Assembly: GCA_017853555.1 (NCBI GenBank)
Contig: JAFMJH010000006.1
Coordinates: 41,585-105,584, forward strand
Direction of reading: 5' to 3'
From: Steroidobacteraceae bacterium
GTDB taxonomy: Bacteria; Pseudomonadota; Gammaproteobacteria; Steroidobacterales; Steroidobacteraceae
DNA length: 64,000 bases
Each line of letters starts with the position of its first letter. Position 1 is the first letter of the stretch. The position numbers were made by a program, and so were the translations under genes. Below are positions 43,778 to 52,782 of this stretch, piece by piece. The notes under the pieces were generated by a model that had not been told where the DNA came from, did not search any database, and was given only the letters and a program-made list of their open reading frames with translations.

Positions 43778-45258
43778 GGATTCACCCAATGTTTGAGTTC
43801 GGTGGCGACCTCGCTTGCGAGCAAGCCGCGTTCGCCGCGCGGCGCGAGCGCATCGCCCGCGCAAGCGTGCACGAAAACGCCGAGCCTTGCGGCGAGCCAC
43901 GGATCGCGCAGCTGCGCCTGCAAACCGGCGATCGCGCCGGTGAGCACGTCGCCCATGCCGGGCACCGCCATGCCGGGATTCCCGGCGGCACACCATTGCG
44001 GCACGTCGCCTTCACGGCCGACCAAGGTGCCGGCACCTTTCAACACGACGACACCGCCGTAACGCGCGGTCAAAGCGCGCAACGCGCCGAGGCGATCGTT
44101 CTGCACGCGCAGATTGCCACCGGTGGCGTCGTAACCCAGCAGCTGCGCGGCCTCACCAGGATGTGGCGTGAGTATCCAATCGCGCGGCTCAAGTCGCGGC
44201 ACGTCCGCGAGCCGTCGCAACGCATCGGCATCCACGACCAGCGGCAGCCGGGTGGCGAGCGCCGCTTCGAACATGCGTTCGGACCAGTCATCACGACCGA
44301 GACCGGGGCCGATCGCGAGCACGTCGCAACGCGATGCGAGTTCGTGCAGCGTCGCCGCATCGTCGCTGCCGTAGACCATCAGTTCGGGCCGTGCCGCCAC
44401 GGCAGCCACCGACCCCGGTGCCGTCAACACCGACACCAGGCCCGCACCGACGCGCAACGCCGCCTCGCCTGCAAGGCGCACCGCACCGGACATGCCCGGC
44501 TTGCCGCCGACGATCAGTACGCGACCCGACTGACCTTTGTGTGCATCGCGAACACGCGGCGGCAACGATGCGCTGCGCAATTGATCGTCGATGCGACGCA
44601 ACACGGGTACCGCACTCGCTTCCATGCCGACATCGAGCGCCGCGAGATGCAAACGCCCGACGTGTTCGGGGCCCGCCTGCAACCAGCAACCACTTTTGAC
44701 GCCGATGAACGTGACGGTCGCCGCGGCGCGCACGGCAATGCCCTGCACTTTGCCCGTATCGGCACAAAGACCGGACGGCACATCGAGCGCAAGCACGGGG
44801 CGTGCCGCGACGTTGATCGCACCGATCACCGCCGCGAGCGGCGCACGCACCGCCTCGCGCAAACCGATACCGAGCACGGCATCGACGATCACGTCGCTGC
44901 GGGCGAGCGCGATCGGCGCCGCATCGCCCCACGGCTCGACCTGCAGAGCACCGGCGAGCACGGCGCGATAGGCCAGCGCCGCATCGCCCTGCAATGTCGC
45001 GGGATCCGTGGCCGCGAACACGCGCACCGCAAAACCCGCCGCTTGCAGCAAGATCGCGAGCACGTAGCCATCGCCGCCGTTGTTGCCCGCGCCGCACACG
45101 ACGGCGTACTCGCGTGCCAGAGGCCACTCGGCGCGCGCGACTTGCAAAGCCGCAGCCGCGGCGCGCTGCATCAGCACGTAGCCCGGCGTTCCCGCCGCAA
45201 TCACTGCGGCATCGCGGGCACGCACTTGCGTGGCGGAGTACGAGTCGACCGGCAACAT
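43774..45258 (-). CDS. nnr: Bifunctional NAD(P)H-hydrate repair enzyme Nnr (epimerase + ADP-dependent dehydratase)
   Basis: N-terminal YjeF_N (GAGNNGGDGYV) and C-terminal carbohydrate-kinase-like domain (GMGDVLTGAIAGL). Confidence 0.92.
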   Translation of the reverse strand: MLPVDSYSATQVRARDAAVIAAGTPGYVLMQRAAAAALQVARAEWPLAREYAVVCGAGNNGGDGYVLAILLQAAGFAVRVFAATDPATLQGDAALAYRAVLAGALQVEPWGDAAPIALARSDVIVDAVLGIGLREAVRAPLAAVIGAINVAARPVLALDVPSGLCADTGKVQGIAVRAAATVTFIGVKSGCWLQAGPEHVGRLHLAALDVGMEASAVPVLRRIDDQLRSASLPPRVRDAHKGQSGRVLIVGGKPGMSGAVRLAGEAALRVGAGLVSVLTAPGSVAAVAARPELMVYGSDDAATLHELASRCDVLAIGPGLGRDDWSERMFEAALATRLPLVVDADALRRLADVPRLEPRDWILTPHPGEAAQLLGYDATGGNLRVQNDRLGALRALTARYGGVVVLKGAGTLVGREGDVPQWCAAGNPGMAVPGMGDVLTGAIAGLQAQLRDPWLAARLGVFVHACAGDALAPRGERGLLASEVATELKHWVNP

Positions 45259-45281
45259 CGGGCCAGTATACTCGTGACCCC

Positions 45282-46367
45282 GTGAGCACCGTGCCCGACT
45301 CAGACTTCAATGCCTTGCGACGCGACCTCGATGCGTACGCGACCGAACTCGGTTTTGCGGGGCTCGGTGTCGCGAACATCGCGCTCGAAGAAGACGAACG
45401 CCATCTGCTCGCGTGGCTCGAAGCGGGCATGCACGGCCAAATGCATTACATGCAGCGCCACGGCGTGCGACGCGCGCGACCCGCGGAACTCAAACCCGGC
45501 ACTTTGCGCGTCATCAGCGTACGCATGGATTACTGGCCGAGCGCGGCCGACGATGCCTGGGAGACGCTCGCCGACGGTCGGCGCGCGTACGTGTCGCGCT
45601 ATGCGCTCGGGCGCGACTATCACAAGCTCATGCGCAACGCGCTGCAAAAACTCGCCGATCGCATCGCCGAGCGCATCGGACCTTTCGGTCACCGCGTGTT
45701 CGTGGATTCGGGGCCGGTGCTCGAAAAAGCGCTCGCCCGCAACGCCGGACTCGGCTGGATCGGCAAACACACCAATCTGATCGCACGCGATGCCGGGTCG
45801 TGGTTTTTTTTGGGCGAGCTGTACACCGACTTGCCCTTGCCGGCCGATGCACCGGCCAGCGGCCACTGCGGCACCTGCTCGGCCTGCATGCCCGCCTGCC
45901 CGACCGGCGCGATCGTCGCCCCGTGGAAGCTCGATGCCCGGCGCTGCATCTCGTACCTGACCATCGAACTCGACGGCGCCATTCCGGTCGAGCTGCGACC
46001 GCTGCTCGGCAATCGCATTTACGGTTGCGACGACTGCCAACTCGTCTGTCCGTGGAACAAGTTCGCAAGAGCCGCCTCGCACCCGACTCTCGCGCAGCTG
46101 CGCAATTCTTTGGATACGGCGACGCTGATCGACTTGTTCGCCTGGAGCGCAGAGGATTTCGATCTGCGCATGCGCGGCTCGGCGATCCGCCGCATCGGCC
46201 ACGAGCGCTGGCTGCGCAACATCGCCGTCGCGCTCGGCAACGGGCCCGCCGACGACGATGCAAAAGCCGCGTTACGAGCGCGCGCGAACGATGAGTCGGC
46301 GCTGGTACGCGAGCACGTCGCGTGGGCGCTGGCGCGGCTTACAGAGCCGCGTGCCGCAGCGGATTGA
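45282..46367 (+). CDS. queG: Epoxyqueuosine reductase QueG
   Basis: 4Fe-4S motifs CGTCSACMPACPTGAI and CDDCQLVCPWN, with C-terminal HEAT-like repeats. Divergent from nnr as in E. coli. GTG start at 45282 (uncertain by a few codons). Confidence 0.92.
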   Translation: MSTVPDSDFNALRRDLDAYATELGFAGLGVANIALEEDERHLLAWLEAGMHGQMHYMQRHGVRRARPAELKPGTLRVISVRMDYWPSAADDAWETLADGRRAYVSRYALGRDYHKLMRNALQKLADRIAERIGPFGHRVFVDSGPVLEKALARNAGLGWIGKHTNLIARDAGSWFFLGELYTDLPLPADAPASGHCGTCSACMPACPTGAIVAPWKLDARRCISYLTIELDGAIPVELRPLLGNRIYGCDDCQLVCPWNKFARAASHPTLAQLRNSLDTATLIDLFAWSAEDFDLRMRGSAIRRIGHERWLRNIAVALGNGPADDDAKAALRARANDESALVREHVAWALARLTEPRAAAD

Positions 46368-46995
46368 AATACAGCCGGCCGCGCTTCATGCGCTGCACCG
46401 CGCCGATCAACTCCGAAAAATCTAGATCGCTCGCCACCGGATCGAGCGTCGCGGCGTTCACGATCAGCAACGGCGCGGCGTCGTAGTCGTGGAAGAAACG
46501 CGCGTAGGCTTCGTTGAGTTTTTCGAGATACGCACGTTCGATCAGCTTTTCGACCTGTACACCGCGCCGCGCGATGCGCTGCTGCAAGACGTCCACCGGC
46601 GCCTGCAGGTAGATCACGAGATCCGGCTTCGGCGGATCGATCACGAGCCGCGCATAGACTTGTTCGTAGAGCGCGAACTCGGCTTCGTCCAGCGTCACGC
46701 GCGCGAACAAGCGATCTTTCTCGAGCAGATAGTCCGCGACCCGCACGGGCGCAAACATGTCTTCCTGTCGCAGCGCCGCCAACTGCTGCGTGCGTTGAAA
46801 CAAAAAATGCAATTGCGCGGGCAGCGCCGCACCCACCGGGTCACGATAAAAGCGTTCGAGGAACGGATTGCTCTCGGCCTGTTCGAGCACGAGCTCGGCA
46901 CCGAAGTTCTCCGCCAAGCGACGCGCGAGAGTGGTCTTGCCGACTCCGATCGGGCCTTCCACGACGACGAAACGATGCGACGGAACGGTGGACAT
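46339..46995 (-). CDS. Deoxynucleoside kinase family protein
   Basis: P-loop VVEGPIGVGKTTLARRL and a dNK-like ERFY...DRLFA pattern. 218 aa. Confidence 0.85.
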   Translation of the reverse strand: MSTVPSHRFVVVEGPIGVGKTTLARRLAENFGAELVLEQAESNPFLERFYRDPVGAALPAQLHFLFQRTQQLAALRQEDMFAPVRVADYLLEKDRLFARVTLDEAEFALYEQVYARLVIDPPKPDLVIYLQAPVDVLQQRIARRGVQVEKLIERAYLEKLNEAYARFFHDYDAAPLLIVNAATLDPVASDLDFSELIGAVQRMKRGRLYFNPLRHAAL

Positions 46996-47022
46996 TCGAT
47001 GGCGTACTCGTGCAGCGCGGCC

Positions 47023-47538
47023 TTAAGTCAAACGTCGCATTCCGCGGTCGGGCACGCGCGCTGCTAGCTGCCGCACCACGCCCATGCCGGGCAATTGCAG
47101 CTCCGGTGCGACGTCACACAAAGGATACAGAACGAAATCGCGCTCCGGAATCCCGGCGTGCGGGAGCACGAGCTCGCCACCGTGCCGCATCTCCGTGCCG
47201 AACGCCAGCAGATCGAGGTCGATCTCGCGCGGCCCCCAGCGCTCGCGCGCCGGAGTACGACCGAGCGCGCGTTCCACGGCCCGCATGTCCGCAAAGAACG
47301 CATCCAGCGACTGGCGCGTGAGCAGCGCCGCGACCGCGTTGATGAAATCCGGCTGCTCGACCGGACCATAGGGCACGGAGCGATAGAGCGGCGACAACGC
47401 GATCAATCGGGTCGAGGGGAATTCGGACAAGGCGTGGGCCGCGCGCCGCACTTGCTGCGCAGCGTCGCCGATATTGCTGCCGAGCCCCACATAGGCCGGC
47501 CGCCAAAGAACGGACGCGGACGCGGCGGCGCCGCTCAA
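47023..47538 (-). CDS. folK: 2-amino-4-hydroxy-6-hydroxymethyldihydropteridine diphosphokinase
   Basis: AYVGLGSNIGD...PREIDLDLL...PHAGIPERDFVLYPL. The start is uncertain: TTG 47538 overlaps the pcnB stop (TTGA), and GTG 47490 is an alternative. Confidence 0.88.
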   Translation of the reverse strand: MSGAAASASVLWRPAYVGLGSNIGDAAQQVRRAAHALSEFPSTRLIALSPLYRSVPYGPVEQPDFINAVAALLTRQSLDAFFADMRAVERALGRTPARERWGPREIDLDLLAFGTEMRHGGELVLPHAGIPERDFVLYPLCDVAPELQLPGMGVVRQLAARVPDRGMRRLT

Positions 47539-49019
47539 GCGCCGCCCGGGCCGCGCGACCGACGGCCGCCGCGACGCCGTCGCCGACGCCCCCCGCCGTT
47601 GCGACCGCCCGCGCCCTCGCCGCCCGGCTCGCGCGCGAGCGCATCGCTCATGCTGGCACGCTGCTGCGGATCGGACTGCTGCAGACGCTGCCACCAGTCG
47701 ACGATTGCCGGATCGGCCATGTTGAATTCGGCGCGCAGCTGCAACAGATCGAACGCGGCACGAAACCGCGGATGTTCGAGCGTGCGCAGCGCGCGCTTGC
47801 CGCGCGGCGCCTCGAGACGCGGCTGCAAAGCGAACATGTCGCGCACGCCGAGCGAAAACCGCCGCGGAATCGACACGCGACCGTACAGATCGCGCACGGC
47901 CGCCTCGACGGCATCGAGAATGGAGCCGACGTCGCTCCAGCGCTCGCGCGGCATTTTTTCGATCTCGAGCCCGATCGGCCCGTAGAGCAACAACGCGAAC
48001 AGATAGGTCGGCGTGACCGGTCGATCGGCACGCACCCGCTCGTCGGTATTGGCGAGCCCACGCAGCAACAGTCGCTCGGGCGCACTGCCCGGATGACGCC
48101 GCACGAAGGCGCCCACGTTCGGCAGCAACACTTCGAGCAGTCCGCGCGCGCGCAACACTTCGTAACTGCGCACGCCGTGACCGGTGAGAAAGAGCTTCAA
48201 TGTTTCGTCGAACAACCGCGCCGGCGGCACGCCGGCGAGCAAGCCAGACAAAGCGGCGATGGGCTCGGCCGTCGCGGCGTCGATGTCGAAGCCGAGCTTC
48301 GCTTCGAAGCGCGCCGCGCGCAGCATGCGCACCGGATCTTCGCGATAACGCGTCTCGGGATCGCCGATGAGGCGCAAGCGTCGCGCCTGCACATCTTCGA
48401 AGCCGCCGCAGTAATCCCACACCGAAAAATCGGCGATGTTGTAGTAGAGTGAATTCGCGGTGAAATCGCGCCGCCAGACGTCTTCGTCGATGCTGCCGTA
48501 GACGTTGTCGCGCAGGATGCGGCCGTGCTCGTCGACCATGCGATCGATCGGCGCATCGGACTCCAGCGGCTCCTGCGCCTCTTCGAACGCCTCGCCGTCA
48601 TCGTCGATATCCGGCGCAGGCTCGTCACCCGGCGGCGGTGCCGCCGAGGCGCGGAACGTCGCGACTTCGATGATGTCCTGACCAAAGAAAACATGCGCAA
48701 GTCGAAACCGTCTGCCGACCAATCGACAGTTGCGGAACAGGCGCCGCACTTCTTCGGGCAGCGCGTCGGTCGCGACGTCAAAATCCTTCGGCTCGATTCC
48801 GATCATGAGATCGCGCACGCAGCCGCCGACCAGGAACGCCTGATAACCGGCTTCCTTCAATCGGTAGAGTACTCGCAACGCGTCGGGCGAAATGCGTGAA
48901 CGTGAGATCGGGTGGCCATCGCGCGAGATCACCCGGGCGAGCCGGGGTCCCGCCTCCCCTGCGGCAGGTGGCAGGTTCAATGGAGGCCGGTTCTGCTTGA
49001 GCAATCGTGCATGGGGCAT
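47535..49019 (-). CDS. pcnB: Poly(A) polymerase I
   Basis: ALRVLYRLKEAGYQAFLVGGCVRDLMIGIEPKDFDVATDA...FRNCRLVGRRFRLAHVFFG and an Arg/Gly-rich C-terminal tail. First ATG at 49019; GTG 48932 is an alternative. The ORF extension to 50435 is spurious. Confidence 0.92.
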   Translation of the reverse strand: MPHARLLKQNRPPLNLPPAAGEAGPRLARVISRDGHPISRSRISPDALRVLYRLKEAGYQAFLVGGCVRDLMIGIEPKDFDVATDALPEEVRRLFRNCRLVGRRFRLAHVFFGQDIIEVATFRASAAPPPGDEPAPDIDDDGEAFEEAQEPLESDAPIDRMVDEHGRILRDNVYGSIDEDVWRRDFTANSLYYNIADFSVWDYCGGFEDVQARRLRLIGDPETRYREDPVRMLRAARFEAKLGFDIDAATAEPIAALSGLLAGVPPARLFDETLKLFLTGHGVRSYEVLRARGLLEVLLPNVGAFVRRHPGSAPERLLLRGLANTDERVRADRPVTPTYLFALLLYGPIGLEIEKMPRERWSDVGSILDAVEAAVRDLYGRVSIPRRFSLGVRDMFALQPRLEAPRGKRALRTLEHPRFRAAFDLLQLRAEFNMADPAIVDWWQRLQQSDPQQRASMSDALAREPGGEGAGGRNGGGRRRRRRGGRRSRGPGGA

Positions 49020-49024
49020 ATAAT
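48997..49024 (+). promoter_or_regulatory. Candidate sigma70 promoter of tRNA-Glu: TTGAGC-16 nt-TATAAT with a GC-rich discriminator
   Basis: Hexamers read directly. The -10 ends 31 nt before the mature tRNA 5' end. Confidence 0.55.
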
Positions 49025-49055
49025 ACCGCGCCTTTCGACTGCACACTCGGCCGAC

Positions 49056-49131
49056 GCTCCTTTCGTCTAGAGGCCCAGGACATAGCCCTCTCAAGGCTGT
49101 AACACGGGTTCGAATCCCGTAAGGAGCGCCA
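49056..49131 (+). tRNA. tRNA-Glu (anticodon CUC), CCA encoded
   Basis: Acceptor GCTCCTT/AAGGAGC, D region GTCTAGAGGCCCAGGAC, anticodon loop CTCTCAA, T-loop GGTTCGAATCC. 76 nt. Confidence 0.93.
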
Positions 49132-49157
49132 CCCACACCACCCGCGCTGAGGTACTC

Positions 49158-49934
49158 ATGGCCGGGACCCTTCCGAAGCGACTGCAGGCCATCCTCGACA
49201 GCCCGAGCTACCGCCTGGCCGAGGACGATCTCGACTTTCTCGAAAGCGACGGCGCGCGTGCCATCCGCCTCGCGCTCGAATTTCATCGCACCGAGAGCTA
49301 TCTGCAGGCCTACGGCATCGAGAGCACGGTGGTGGTATTCGGCAGCGCGCGCATCCCGACACCCGAACGTGGCGGCGCCGAGCACCCCGACGCGAAGTGG
49401 TACGAGGAAGCCCGCAAGTTCGCCTTCGATCTGAGCAGCGCCGCGACGCACGACCCGGGTTGTCACCGTCTGGTCGTTGCCACCGGTGGCGGCCCCGGCA
49501 TCATGGAAGCGGCGAACCGTGGCGCGAGCGACGCCGGTGCGCCGACGATCGGCTTCAACATCCGGTTGCCGCACGAGCAATTCCCCAATCCCTGGGTGAC
49601 CCCGGGACTCGCCTTCCGCTTCCATTATTTCGCGCTGCGCAAAATGCATTTTTTGCTGCGCGCGCGTGCCTTGGTCGCCTTTCCCGGCGGCTTCGGCACG
49701 CTCGATGAGGTCTACGAGGCCGTCAACCTCGTGCAGACCGGAACCATCGAAGCGATCCCCATCGTGCTCGTCGGTCGCGAATACTGGGCACGCATGTTCG
49801 ATCTCGGTTATCTCGCCGACCACGGCTACGTCGATCACGTCGATGCGCGCTTCGTGCACATCGTCGATGACGGCGCCGCCGCGGCACGCCACGTACTCGG
49901 CGTGTGCGGCTGCGGAAATCCCGCAACACCTTAA
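49158..49934 (+). CDS. LOG-family (TIGR00730-type) nucleotide N-glycosidase/phosphoribohydrolase
   Basis: GGGPGIMEAANRGA and PGGFGTLDEV motifs. 258 aa. Confidence 0.85.
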   Translation: MAGTLPKRLQAILDSPSYRLAEDDLDFLESDGARAIRLALEFHRTESYLQAYGIESTVVVFGSARIPTPERGGAEHPDAKWYEEARKFAFDLSSAATHDPGCHRLVVATGGGPGIMEAANRGASDAGAPTIGFNIRLPHEQFPNPWVTPGLAFRFHYFALRKMHFLLRARALVAFPGGFGTLDEVYEAVNLVQTGTIEAIPIVLVGREYWARMFDLGYLADHGYVDHVDARFVHIVDDGAAAARHVLGVCGCGNPATP

Positions 49935-50045
49935 GCATTGCTGCCGATATCCGCGGCCTGCCGTGCGCCCCACACTGCACGGGCGTGGCTCGGAGGCTGC
50001 GTCGCGCGTATTCGCGCGCGGTTCGACACATAACCATTTTTTGAG

Positions 50046-50489
50046 GTGAACGACGTGAACATCACGAACTGGCAACCCTTTCGCGACATGGACGAGATGA
50101 TCAACCGCATGGTGCCGGCGCTGACGCGTTGGCGCGGCGAATCCAACGGCGATTCGCTCGAGTGGGCACCGATGGCCGACATCAGCGAAACCGACAAAGA
50201 ATTCCTGGTGCGCGCCGAACTCTCGGGCGTCAAGCGCGAGGATGTCAAAGTCACCGTCGAAGACGGCATGCTGACGCTGTCGGGCGAGCGCAAGCGCGAA
50301 CACGAGGACAAGAGCGAGAAGTTTCATCGCCTGGAGCGCTACGTCGGCGGTTTCTCGCGCACGTTTTATCTGCCGGAGTCGGCGGACCTGAACAGCGTGC
50401 ACGCGGAGTCGAAAGACGGCACGCTCACGGTACACATCCCGAAGCTGCCGAGTGCCGCGCCGAAGCGCATCGAGGTGAAGGTGCAGTGA
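50046..50489 (+). CDS. Hsp20/alpha-crystallin small heat-shock protein
   Basis: Alpha-crystallin domain (WAPMADISETDKEFLVRAELSGVKREDVKVTVEDGMLTLSGER...ERYVGGFSRTFYLP). GTG start at 50046. GTG 50055, 8 nt after GAGG, is an equally good alternative. Confidence 0.92.
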   Translation: MNDVNITNWQPFRDMDEMINRMVPALTRWRGESNGDSLEWAPMADISETDKEFLVRAELSGVKREDVKVTVEDGMLTLSGERKREHEDKSEKFHRLERYVGGFSRTFYLPESADLNSVHAESKDGTLTVHIPKLPSAAPKRIEVKVQ

Positions 50490-50504
50490 CCTGCAAAGCA
50501 GGTC
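50488..50504. terminator. 7-bp hairpin (GACCTGC-aaa-GCAGGTC) between the convergent hsp20 and tRNA-Lys, no U-tract
   Basis: The inverted repeat was read directly and includes the last 2 nt of the hsp20 stop codon. Confidence 0.3.
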
Positions 50505-50519
50505 GCCGCTGCGGGAAGG

Positions 50520-50595
50520 TGGTGGGTCCTGCGCGATTCGAACGCGCGACCAACTGGTTAAAAGCCAGCTGCTCTACCGGCTGAGCTAAGGACCC
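50520..50595 (-). tRNA. tRNA-Lys (anticodon UUU), CCA encoded
   Basis: The reverse complement reads GGGTCCTTAGCTCAGCCGGTAGAGCAGCTGGCTTTTAACCAGTTGGTCGCGCGTTCGAATCGCGCAGGACCCACCA, which folds as a cloverleaf with anticodon loop CTTTTAA. Confidence 0.95.
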
Positions 50596-51302
50596 GTCCG
50601 CGAGGGCGCGAATTCTACACAATAGTGCGTCGGATCGGGTGTTCCGGCTGCGACGAAACCTTCGCGGCGCAACCGGCACGAATCGCAGTGCCCGCAGGCG
50701 CGCCCCTGCGGATCCGCGCGGTAACAGGAGACCGTCAGGCCGAAATCGACGCCCAATTGCACCCCGGTGCGGATGATTTCGGCCTTCGACCAGTACTGGA
50801 GCGGCGCACGGATGGCGATCGGCGCCCCGTGCACCCCCACTTTGGTTCCGAGCCGCGCAACCTCGGCGAATGCGGCGATGAACTCCGGCCGGCAGTCCGG
50901 ATAGCCCGAATAATCGACGGCGTTCACCCCGACGTACACGGCCTGCGCGCCGCGCACCTCGGCATAACCGAGCGCGAGCGACAACATCAGCGTGTTGCGC
51001 GCCGGCACGTAGGTGACGGGAATGCCCTCGCTCGGCGCATTCGGCACGTCCACACCCAAGTCCGTGAGCGCCGAGCCGCCAAGCCCCGCGAGGTCGACGC
51101 CCATGATCTTGTGCTCGACGGCACCGAGCGCACGGGCGACCCGTGCCGCGGCATCGAGTTCGGCGACGTGGCGCTGACCGTAGTGCACCGAGAGCGCATA
51201 GCAGTCATGGCCCTCATCGCGTGCGATCGCGAGCGTCGTTGCCGAATCGAGTCCGCCCGAAAGCAGCACGACGGCGCGCGGCTTGTCTGCCGAGATACTC
51301 AT
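50586..51302 (-). CDS. queC: 7-cyano-7-deazaguanine synthase QueC
   Basis: [14 protein letters not shown] and a C-terminal Zn motif [10 protein letters not shown]. The ATG overlaps the queE stop. The stop codon TAG (50588-50586) lies inside tRNA-Lys. Confidence 0.93.
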   Translation of the reverse strand: MSISADKPRAVVLLSGGLDSATTLAIARDEGHDCYALSVHYGQRHVAELDAAARVARALGAVEHKIMGVDLAGLGGSALTDLGVDVPNAPSEGIPVTYVPARNTLMLSLALGYAEVRGAQAVYVGVNAVDYSGYPDCRPEFIAAFAEVARLGTKVGVHGAPIAIRAPLQYWSKAEIIRTGVQLGVDFGLTVSCYRADPQGRACGHCDSCRLRREGFVAAGTPDPTHYCVEFAPSRTGP

Positions 51303-51955
51303 CGCCCTGGTACGTCGCCCCAAAGATATTTGTGCAGCTGGATCTGGAAACGCACCGGCAAGCGATCCTCGAGGATCCAATCGGCGAGCGTACCGGGCGG
51401 CAAGACGCCGTGACTCGGTGAAAACAGGACCGTGCAGCGCGCATCGAGCCGGCGCTGCAAGAGCTGCTCGCGACTCCATTCGTAGTCGGCACGGTCGGCG
51501 ATGACGAACTTGATTTGATCCTTCGCCGCCAACGATTCGAGTTCGGCGTAGAGATTGCGCTGCTGCTCGCCCGAGGCCGGTGTTTTGACATCGACCACGC
51601 GCACCACGCGCGGATCGACGCTCGCATGCGCGATCGCCCCGCTCGTCTCGAGCGAGACGCGATACCCCGCATCGCACAAGGCCGCAAGCAGAGCGTGCAC
51701 GCCCGGTTGCGCCAACGGCTCGCCGCCGGTGACGCAGACGTACGAGGCTTCGAGCTCACGCACGCGCGCCAGAATTTGCGGCAATTCCCAGTTCGTGCCA
51801 CCGCTGAAGGCATAAGCCGTGTCGCAATAGACGCAACGCAGCGGACAACCGGTCAAGCGTACGAATACGGTCGGTACGCCGACCGAGTCCGCCTCACCCT
51901 GCAGGGAGCGGAAAATCTCGGTGAGACGCAGGCGCGTGGCTGCGGGCTCGGACAC
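51299..51955 (-). CDS. queE: 7-carboxy-7-deazaguanine synthase QueE (radical SAM)
   Basis: [34 protein letters not shown]. Confidence 0.93.
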   Translation of the reverse strand: MSEPAATRLRLTEIFRSLQGEADSVGVPTVFVRLTGCPLRCVYCDTAYAFSGGTNWELPQILARVRELEASYVCVTGGEPLAQPGVHALLAALCDAGYRVSLETSGAIAHASVDPRVVRVVDVKTPASGEQQRNLYAELESLAAKDQIKFVIADRADYEWSREQLLQRRLDARCTVLFSPSHGVLPPGTLADWILEDRLPVRFQIQLHKYLWGDVPGR

Positions 51956-51964
51956 GGGACGCGC

Positions 51965-52780
51965 TCAGCGCAAGCGCTGCAACTGCTCGCGCGCGAGTCG
52001 CGCGGCGTCGCTCGCCGGATAGCGCGTGACGAGCTCGTTGAACGTGCGACGCGCGGCCTCGGTGCGTTTGAGTTCCACCTCGCACAAACCGCGCTTGAGC
52101 GCGGCGTCCGGCGCCTTGGCCGAATCGGGTGAACGCGAACCCACCGACGCGAAGGCGTCGATCGCCTGCGCGTAGTCGCGCGTCAAATAATAGGTTTGCC
52201 CCAACCAATAATAGGCGTTGTCTGCGAGCGGATGCTCGGGGTGGCGCGCAATGAAATCACGCATCCCGGCGATGGCGGCCGGATAGTCGCTCGCCTTCAA
52301 GGCATCGAAGGCGCGGCCGTAGTGCTGCTCGGGCGTGAGCGCCACGGGCTCGGGCGGCGCTTCCGGTTTGACGGACGCCGCCGGTGCGGGTGCCTCGACC
52401 GAGGCCACCGGCGACGGGGCCGGGGCCGGGGCCGGGACCGGAGCCTGCGACGCGACATGCGCCGCCGACGGCGACGACGCGGTCGAAACCGCCCCGAGCC
52501 GTCGATCGAAATCGGCCAAGGCGTCGCCCTGCTGTTTGCGCAGCTGTGCGTTTTCGTTCTGCAGAACTTCGAGCTCGCCGCGCAGACCGCGCAATTCGGC
52601 GGTGAGCGCTTCGACGCGTTGCGACAACTCGACCAGCGCCTGACTTTGCAGCGTCTGCTCGAGTTGATCGATGCGGGTCGACAAATCGTCCAGGCGCTGT
52701 TTGGTCGACTGCGCGAACGCCGGCGCCGCCAGCAGCGCGCAGGCCACCAACCAGCCGCACGAACGACGCATCGACCTCAC
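51965..52780 (-). CDS. cpoB: Tol-Pal system protein CpoB (YbgF)
   Basis: Signal peptide, coiled-coil N-terminal domain, Ala/Pro-rich linker and TPR C-terminal domain (AYYWLGQTYY). Lies downstream of pal. Confidence 0.9.
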   Translation of the reverse strand: MRSMRRSCGWLVACALLAAPAFAQSTKQRLDDLSTRIDQLEQTLQSQALVELSQRVEALTAELRGLRGELEVLQNENAQLRKQQGDALADFDRRLGAVSTASSPSAAHVASQAPVPAPAPAPSPVASVEAPAPAASVKPEAPPEPVALTPEQHYGRAFDALKASDYPAAIAGMRDFIARHPEHPLADNAYYWLGQTYYLTRDYAQAIDAFASVGSRSPDSAKAPDAALKRGLCEVELKRTEAARRTFNELVTRYPASDAARLAREQLQRLR

Positions 52781-52782
52781 CG

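Noticed and set aside
49935-50045. Heat-shock (sigma32) promoter or ROSE-type RNA thermometer upstream of hsp20.
   Set aside because: A CCCCACACT resembling a sigma32 -10 has no CTTGAA at the proper spacing. The small hairpins (CCGTGC/GCACGG and CGCGCG-tatt-CGCGCG) do not pair with the RBS, so there is not enough support.
49020-50435. Upstream extension of the pcnB ORF (966 aa, 47535..50435).
   Set aside because: The extension runs antisense through tRNA-Glu, the LOG gene and the hsp20 gene and has no PAP I similarity. The homologous region starts near ATG 49019.
49132-50519. Possible small genomic island (LOG + Hsp20) bracketed by tRNA-Glu and tRNA-Lys. tRNA-Lys downstream of queC is a known integration hotspot for islands in Pseudomonas aeruginosa.
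   Set aside because: I found no integrase or mobility gene and no direct repeat of the tRNA-Lys 3' end nearby. The composition looks like the flanks. Only two ordinary-looking genes are present.
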